Positions 59,026-64,000 of a stretch of DNA of 64,000 nt are shown here, piece after piece. Numbering within the stretch: the stretch's first letter is position 1; every line of letters starts with the position of its first letter. The position numbers and the translations under genes were made by a program. Under the pieces are notes generated by a model, which ran no database searches, was not told the DNA's origin, and saw nothing but the letters and a program-made list of their open reading frames with translations. The DNA is from an uncultured Ignavibacteriaceae bacterium. GTDB taxonomy: Bacteria > Bacteroidota > Ignavibacteria > UBA10030. Location: positions 719 to 64,718 of the forward strand of contig CAZYAM010000002.1 of the NCBI GenBank assembly GCA_964645575.1, in the 5' to 3' direction.

Positions 59026-60651
59026 TTATTTCATAAATGTAATCTTTATTGTATTTGTAAAGTCCTTTCCTTTCTCCGATTGCGCGGTGAGACGTGCAAA
59101 ATATATTCCGCTTGCTAGTCTTCCGGTATCGAATGTAACTGAATAGTTACCGGATTTCTTCGTTTCATTTACCAGTTCTGCTATTTCACGTCCGAGTATA
59201 TTGTATATCTTCAAACTTACATGACTATTCCCTGAAATCTGATATTTTAAAGTTGTCGATGGATTGAATGGATTCGGAAAATTCTGAAATAAGGATATTT
59301 TAAAAGGGATGCTGATGTCTCTGGTGTTTTTAACTTTAGTAGGTTGAATTATACTCTCCAGTTGTGGAATAAGCCAATCGTTGATACCGCCGTCGATTTG
59401 TGCATCAGAATTGCTCCAGATGTAATCCCGAAAACCATTTAAAATCCGCCAGGCATTCATATCATACCTGATTGCCTCTCCTGCTGTAACAGCGACTCTA
59501 TGATCCATCCCGTCCAGTATAACTTGTTTATCCATATCAATAGATATTGAATCCCACATTGCTATTGCTTCATTTCTCAGATTCTTAATAGTCGGAAGTG
59601 ATGGGCTTCCCGTTGCATAGAATTCAATTGTGTGTGCGATTGTCATAATAACTGCCATTGCTTTTGAGGGACTTTTCGTAGTCTTTAAAATTCCAAATCC
59701 ACTTTCTCCCCATCCTACATTATGAGTTCCGTTGTACGATGGAAGAGCGGCGATATCCCAGTAATTGGTACTGTCGCTCAATGTTCCGCAATACCATGAA
59801 CCGACCGTTACCATAGCTGTTCTGCCTGAACCTAAGGGATTACCCTGCATGGTGTCGGAAAACATTTCCCTATAAGGTATAAAGTAATTCTGCCAGATAC
59901 CCGAATGGCTCCACAAATATCCATCGCGCATGTATTGCGGTATACTTACACTGCCGTCTTGGTTTATAAGCTGCGGTGGGCCGAACATGCAAAGGAAACT
60001 TATTCCATTATTCCACGCCCAATGAAAACCGTATTGCAAAATATGATTTTTATCGAATTCAGGATGAAGAGTATTATGTCCATTAACATCTAGGGTCAAT
60101 AATGCTCCTATTTGTGCAAGTTTGTTTACATCCCAGGATTCTCCGTCCGCGTACAGTGAATCATAACTGTGCGGAGGATAGGGAATTCCTGCATGATCGA
60201 ACATATCTTTATTATAATAAAATAGATCCGGACTCTGGGTCAGAGGAAGATATATCAGGCCGTTTTTATTTCTGAATTTATGGAAAGAAGATGTATCCAT
60301 TTGAGTCAGAACCGATTGTGGAATATATGGAGTAAGATCAAGAAAATGATCCCAGAGTACACTATATCGTAAAGCTGTTATGTCTGGGGGGCTACCCGCT
60401 GCAATTCTTGATAATAATGAATCTGCTGCATCAAACGAACAGGTGGCAGTAGTGATATCCATAACTAGTTCAATACTATCCTGAGAAAGATTATACGCCT
60501 GGACGTATCGTATAAAATCACTGTCAAGCGTACCCTCATCGTTTGATGCTTGAATAAACCATTTAATTTGTGTTCTTCCTGACTGTCCAAAGAATGTATT
60601 TGGGCACAAGACAAAAGCAAAGAATATGCAAATAGCAAATCTACTACGCAT
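59026..60651 (-). CDS. Secreted family-1 solute-binding-protein-like protein with a C-terminal T9SS sorting domain
   Basis: It has a signal peptide. An SBP_bac_1-like region is present (LIYLPLTQSPDLFYYNKDMFDHAGIPYPP, WAWNNGISF). The C-terminal ~80 aa carry the T9SS CTD pattern (LFQNFPNPFNPSTTLKYQ...GIYFARL...ITFMK). Confidence 0.6.
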   Translation of the reverse strand: MRSRFAICIFFAFVLCPNTFFGQSGRTQIKWFIQASNDEGTLDSDFIRYVQAYNLSQDSIELVMDITTATCSFDAADSLLSRIAAGSPPDITALRYSVLWDHFLDLTPYIPQSVLTQMDTSSFHKFRNKNGLIYLPLTQSPDLFYYNKDMFDHAGIPYPPHSYDSLYADGESWDVNKLAQIGALLTLDVNGHNTLHPEFDKNHILQYGFHWAWNNGISFLCMFGPPQLINQDGSVSIPQYMRDGYLWSHSGIWQNYFIPYREMFSDTMQGNPLGSGRTAMVTVGSWYCGTLSDSTNYWDIAALPSYNGTHNVGWGESGFGILKTTKSPSKAMAVIMTIAHTIEFYATGSPSLPTIKNLRNEAIAMWDSISIDMDKQVILDGMDHRVAVTAGEAIRYDMNAWRILNGFRDYIWSNSDAQIDGGINDWLIPQLESIIQPTKVKNTRDISIPFKISLFQNFPNPFNPSTTLKYQISGNSHVSLKIYNILGREIAELVNETKKSGNYSVTFDTGRLASGIYFARLTAQSEKGKDFTNTIKITFMK

Positions 60652-60817
60652 AATACACCTCCATTACTGTAATGTGAGAACGGGATCTTTAGAAACGCTG
60701 GTAATTAAATAATGAAAAAGAAGAGGAAAATCGTATGACTACAAGAGGTGCGTGAAAAGTCTGACCATTTTTTAAAATAATGGCTCTAAATATCCTAACT
60801 TTTCGTTTTTTAATAGA

Positions 60818-62476
60818 TTAATTCAGCAGTTCAGCTCTGTATTCCTTCGGTGTTTTGCCTGTATATTTTTTAAAGACAGAATTAAAAACTGATTTATTGT
60901 TATATCCAATCTCATAAATGACCTCCAGTATAGTCTTTTCTTTATGAGATCCTGCCATAAGTTTCTGGGCTTCGCGTATTCGATATGCATTAATAAATTC
61001 AAAGAAATTTTGATTAAAGCCCTTATTAATTACTTCTGAAAGTGATCGAACAGGAATTTCCACCAATTCAGACAATTTTGTAATGGTGATATCAGGAATA
61101 AGATAAGGTTTCTTTTCGTTCATATAACGTGTCAGGATTGTTTTATACTCATTAAAAACTTTTTCTGATAGCGACGGATTTTGAAGCTTCAAAACTTTAA
61201 AATCGATCAGTGAAAAGAGTTCCGGATGTTTCAATCCGTAATAAAATAGAATAAGAGGAAAGATAAGATAGCTTATAATTTGTGACATAAACAGCACGTG
61301 GCTGTAAACTCCAAGGAACCGATAGACATAGTGTTTTAAGAATCCAAGATAATTCATTATGAGGAAACCATATAGGACGATATTTAACCATGACAATTGG
61401 CGCGGGAGAACAGCGGATTGATAATGCTTCATATCCTTTTTATAAAGATATACGATAATAATTGCAGTTATAAGATATCCGATAATTTGTGTATTCAATA
61501 TTATTGTGCCTATTAGTTCTTCAAAATCAGAAAACATATTTCCGGAAAGTACTATCGCTCTTTTGCTGTCGGCAGAATGAATATAAAACCTGACTGTTAG
61601 GAGAGACACGACTGTCAAAGAAGGGATGGCATGCAAGAAATACCATTTCTTAAACCGAAAATTCTTTTGAAGTACAGACAATACATAGAAGAATAATAAT
61701 GGAGCGACGATAAATTTAAAGGCTTCACCGATATAAAAGATATGTGGAAAATGTGTAAAAACAGAATATGGAAAATATCCAATGATCCAATCAAAATACA
61801 GCATTGCGCACGAAAATAAGAAGAGTGCGAAGAGAATGTTCCGCAACCGATTTCCATTCTTATGTATTATAAAGAAGACAGATAGTAAAAGATACAGAGC
61901 AAGTGAAAAAACGATAATAAACCGAGATGTTTTACCGAGTATATTATCAAAAGAATCGAGATTTTGGACAGGAATAAGTATATCAATTTTTGGGGAAGGT
62001 TTATACCATCTTACCATATTGCAATTGGATTGATGCATGCCCATTTCCCGCAATCGATAATTCAAAAGTGCAATTGCAGATCGAATATCGGTTCCGTAAT
62101 ATTCCTTTCCTACAACCTGCCAATTGGTTATCTCGTCAAGATGTAATGGTTCTTGTACTGTATCGGCTCCTTTCACAGGAAAGGCAAGACGCCAGAGCGG
62201 TTCACGATCATTAATAAACATCGTAAGCATTTGACCGGAAATAACGTCCTGTAGATTCTGATTTTGACATTCCTGCCAGAACATGCGTTTACATTCGTCC
62301 ATCATTTCATAACTTTTCCGAAACTCCATAAAGACATAGCGAAACGACAGCGTGTCTATAGCAAACACTTCGTTTTGTGCATGGATCGGCAGAGGAGCAC
62401 AGAGAAATAATAATGCTGCAATAGTATTTATTGCGGTATTTCTGAAGTGCGTGAAGGAATGATTTTTTGAATTCAT
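60818..62476 (-). CDS. Membrane-anchored AraC-family transcriptional regulator (periplasmic domain, 7-TM region, C-terminal HTH)
   Basis: It has a signal peptide and a ~150-aa periplasmic domain, then 7 hydrophobic helices. The C-terminal AraC HTH is ILEVIYEIGYNNKSVFNSVFKKYTGKTPKEYR. Confidence 0.7.
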   Translation of the reverse strand: MNSKNHSFTHFRNTAINTIAALLFLCAPLPIHAQNEVFAIDTLSFRYVFMEFRKSYEMMDECKRMFWQECQNQNLQDVISGQMLTMFINDREPLWRLAFPVKGADTVQEPLHLDEITNWQVVGKEYYGTDIRSAIALLNYRLREMGMHQSNCNMVRWYKPSPKIDILIPVQNLDSFDNILGKTSRFIIVFSLALYLLLSVFFIIHKNGNRLRNILFALFLFSCAMLYFDWIIGYFPYSVFTHFPHIFYIGEAFKFIVAPLLFFYVLSVLQKNFRFKKWYFLHAIPSLTVVSLLTVRFYIHSADSKRAIVLSGNMFSDFEELIGTIILNTQIIGYLITAIIIVYLYKKDMKHYQSAVLPRQLSWLNIVLYGFLIMNYLGFLKHYVYRFLGVYSHVLFMSQIISYLIFPLILFYYGLKHPELFSLIDFKVLKLQNPSLSEKVFNEYKTILTRYMNEKKPYLIPDITITKLSELVEIPVRSLSEVINKGFNQNFFEFINAYRIREAQKLMAGSHKEKTILEVIYEIGYNNKSVFNSVFKKYTGKTPKEYRAELLN

Positions 62477-62717
62477 TTTACATAGTATTTGCATAGCATA
62501 ATTATTCAGCATCATTATCATCTTTCATATCGCTGCTATAGAAATAATCGGAAACATAAAAGTTCCCCCAATGTTTACTTGCACCCCAAATATCCCTCTT
62601 CCTCTTTATAAAAGCAAGAATGATCTTGTACACTCTGATTGAAGAGAAAAATCGACTTTTCTTTTGCTCTTATCTTCATTTAACTAACATGTCGATTTTT
62701 AACAAGAGGGACATTTT

Positions 62718-62957
62718 ATGAAAAAAATATCGTTTGTTTTTGCACTCATTTTTGGGATCGTAGCTCCGCAATCAGTATTTGTACAGGAAAATACTACCGA
62801 GCAAAAAGACGAAAAAACTGTAAAGAAAGAATTAAAAATTGAAAAGAAAACAAAACACGATAAAAAAGACAGGGAAATAAAATCCAGAAAGTGCTGTGAT
62901 GAATCCGCTAAATGTAATGAAGAATTTCAAAAGAAAGGTAAAAAGAGAGAGAAATAG
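62718..62957 (+). CDS. Small secreted Lys/Glu-rich protein with a Cys-containing centre
   Basis: It is 79 aa with a signal peptide (MKKISFVFALIFGIVAPQSVFVQ) and an extremely K/E-rich mature part (CCDESAKCNEE). Confidence 0.3.
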   Translation: MKKISFVFALIFGIVAPQSVFVQENTTEQKDEKTVKKELKIEKKTKHDKKDREIKSRKCCDESAKCNEEFQKKGKKREK

Positions 62958-63180
62958 GATTTGAAAATATAAATTGAAAATAAAGTTGTATTAAAAGAAG
63001 AAATGAGCATGAAGAAAAAAAATTTATACGGGATTTATTTAAAAAAGCCGGTTTGGTAATTCCAGGACTGTTTTTCTATTCTGCTGATTGTATCTCAAAC
63101 CACTTTTTATTAGTTTGTTTAACCCTGATTGTCCGGAAATTCCGTGATAGTCGGGGTAAAGTGTTTTTAAAATTAAAAGT

Positions 63181-64000
63181 ATGATTGAAGAGATAAGAAA
63201 ACGAATTACTGAAAGCGAACCGTTTCGTCAATTGACTGATTCGATTAAGTCTATCCGGCCTGAAACAACGATTCAACTTCAGGGAATCAGCGGTTCCTTG
63301 ATGGCATTCGTAGCGTCGCATATCTTCAAATCGAGCAGGACGCAAATGCTTATGGTAGTTCCTGATAAGAATCGCGCCGAACAGCTCCTTGATGACTGTT
63401 CGCTTCTTCTGAACGGGAATTCTGTATATCTTTTAATCTCAGGTCCCGTTCATGATGAAGCCAAGCTTCTTGATATGAGTGCGACAATTTCACAGGTAGA
63501 GACACTCCGTGCTCTCTCTCATTCTGAATGCGTGCTTGTTATTGCTTCAGCAGAAGGATTAACGACAAAACTGCCGAATCCTGAAAAATTTCTTGAGCGT
63601 ACAATTGAATTGGAAGTCAATAAAGAATATCAATTTGAGCAGTTTACACAGAAACTTACGTCACTTGGCTTCGAGAAAAAAGACTTTGTCGAAGAATATG
63701 GCGACTATGCTGTCCGAGGGGGCATTGTGGATATATTTCCGTTTGTCGGAGATAATCCGATCAGGTTTGAATTCTGGGGTGACTTAGTTGAATCTATCCG
63801 CGAGTTCGATGTACTTTCGCAGCGTTCTATCCGCGAACTGCAGGCTGCGAGCATAGTTGCAAGTCCATCTTCTGATTCAGGCGGTGAAAATGGAAACCGG
63901 AATTCAGTCTTCGATTACTTATCCGGCGATGCGCTTCTCCTTCTTGATGAACCGATGATGGCCGAAAAAGAAATAGACGAGCTTTTCCAGGAAGGTTATC
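63181..64000 (+). CDS. mfd: Transcription-repair coupling factor Mfd, N-terminal part; the gene continues beyond the window end
   Basis: It has the UvrB-homology N-terminal module (RGGIVDIFPFVGDNPIRFEFWGDLVESIREFDVLSQRSI). The ORF is open to the end of the window. Confidence 0.7.
   Translation, partial: MIEEIRKRITESEPFRQLTDSIKSIRPETTIQLQGISGSLMAFVASHIFKSSRTQMLMVVPDKNRAEQLLDDCSLLLNGNSVYLLISGPVHDEAKLLDMSATISQVETLRALSHSECVLVIASAEGLTTKLPNPEKFLERTIELEVNKEYQFEQFTQKLTSLGFEKKDFVEEYGDYAVRGGIVDIFPFVGDNPIRFEFWGDLVESIREFDVLSQRSIRELQAASIVASPSSDSGGENGNRNSVFDYLSGDALLLLDEPMMAEKEIDELFQEGY

Overview
This is a 64-kb chromosomal window from an FCB-group (Bacteroidota/Ignavibacteriota-like) bacterium. The phylum placement is an inference from one protein with a T9SS C-terminal sorting domain, the Bat aerotolerance operon, the dcw gene order and about 40% GC. 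Coordinates 1-5600 are an accessory patch. It holds a partial ldh on the minus strand, an IS element (DDE transposase with an N-terminal zinc ribbon, imperfect terminal inverted repeats, 8-bp direct repeats) and a 5'-truncated Rhs/YD-repeat toxin fragment with two near-identical ~253-bp tandem FN3-like repeats. The toxin has an unrecognised C-terminal tip and an overlapping lipoprotein gene that is a candidate immunity gene. Downstream is ~0.9 kb of non-coding DNA full of related hairpin repeats, then a small antitoxin-like gene beside a decayed relE-like remnant. The bulk of the window is core genome. It carries the moxR-DUF58-batA-batB/C-batD-batE aerotolerance operon with a four-helix-bundle (Avd-like) gene embedded. 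It also carries a coiled-coil response regulator, an aminotransferase, typA, an outer-membrane protein, a 1337-aa multi-PAS hybrid histidine kinase and mreD-mrdA-rodA. A complete dcw cluster runs mraZ, rsmH, ftsL, ftsI, murE, murF, mraY, murD, ftsW, murG, an extra membrane ORF, murC, murB, ftsQ, ftsA, ftsZ. The most interesting locus is 51.0-58.9 kb. An arsenite-type ArsR and an ArsM methyltransferase sit upstream of a compact cluster: TusA, a free-standing MvhD/FlpD-like gene, a QmoA-like short HdrA flavoprotein and a full-length HdrA/QmoB-like flavoprotein with ferredoxin domains. These are followed by a small translationally coupled 104-aa ORF, a QmoC-like fusion (HdrC-type 2x[4Fe-4S] plus a NarI/HdrE-like membrane domain) and a DsrE/DsrF-family protein. 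That is a Qmo/Hdr-like quinone-interacting flavin oxidoreductase module bracketed by sulfur-carrier proteins. No aprAB, sat or hdrB partner occurs in the window, and the MvhD domain is encoded separately. I have not seen this arrangement described and regard it as the candidate undescribed system. The window ends with a T9SS-sorted solute-binding-protein-like gene, a membrane-anchored AraC regulator and the 5' end of mfd. I recognised no rRNA, tRNA or CRISPR array.
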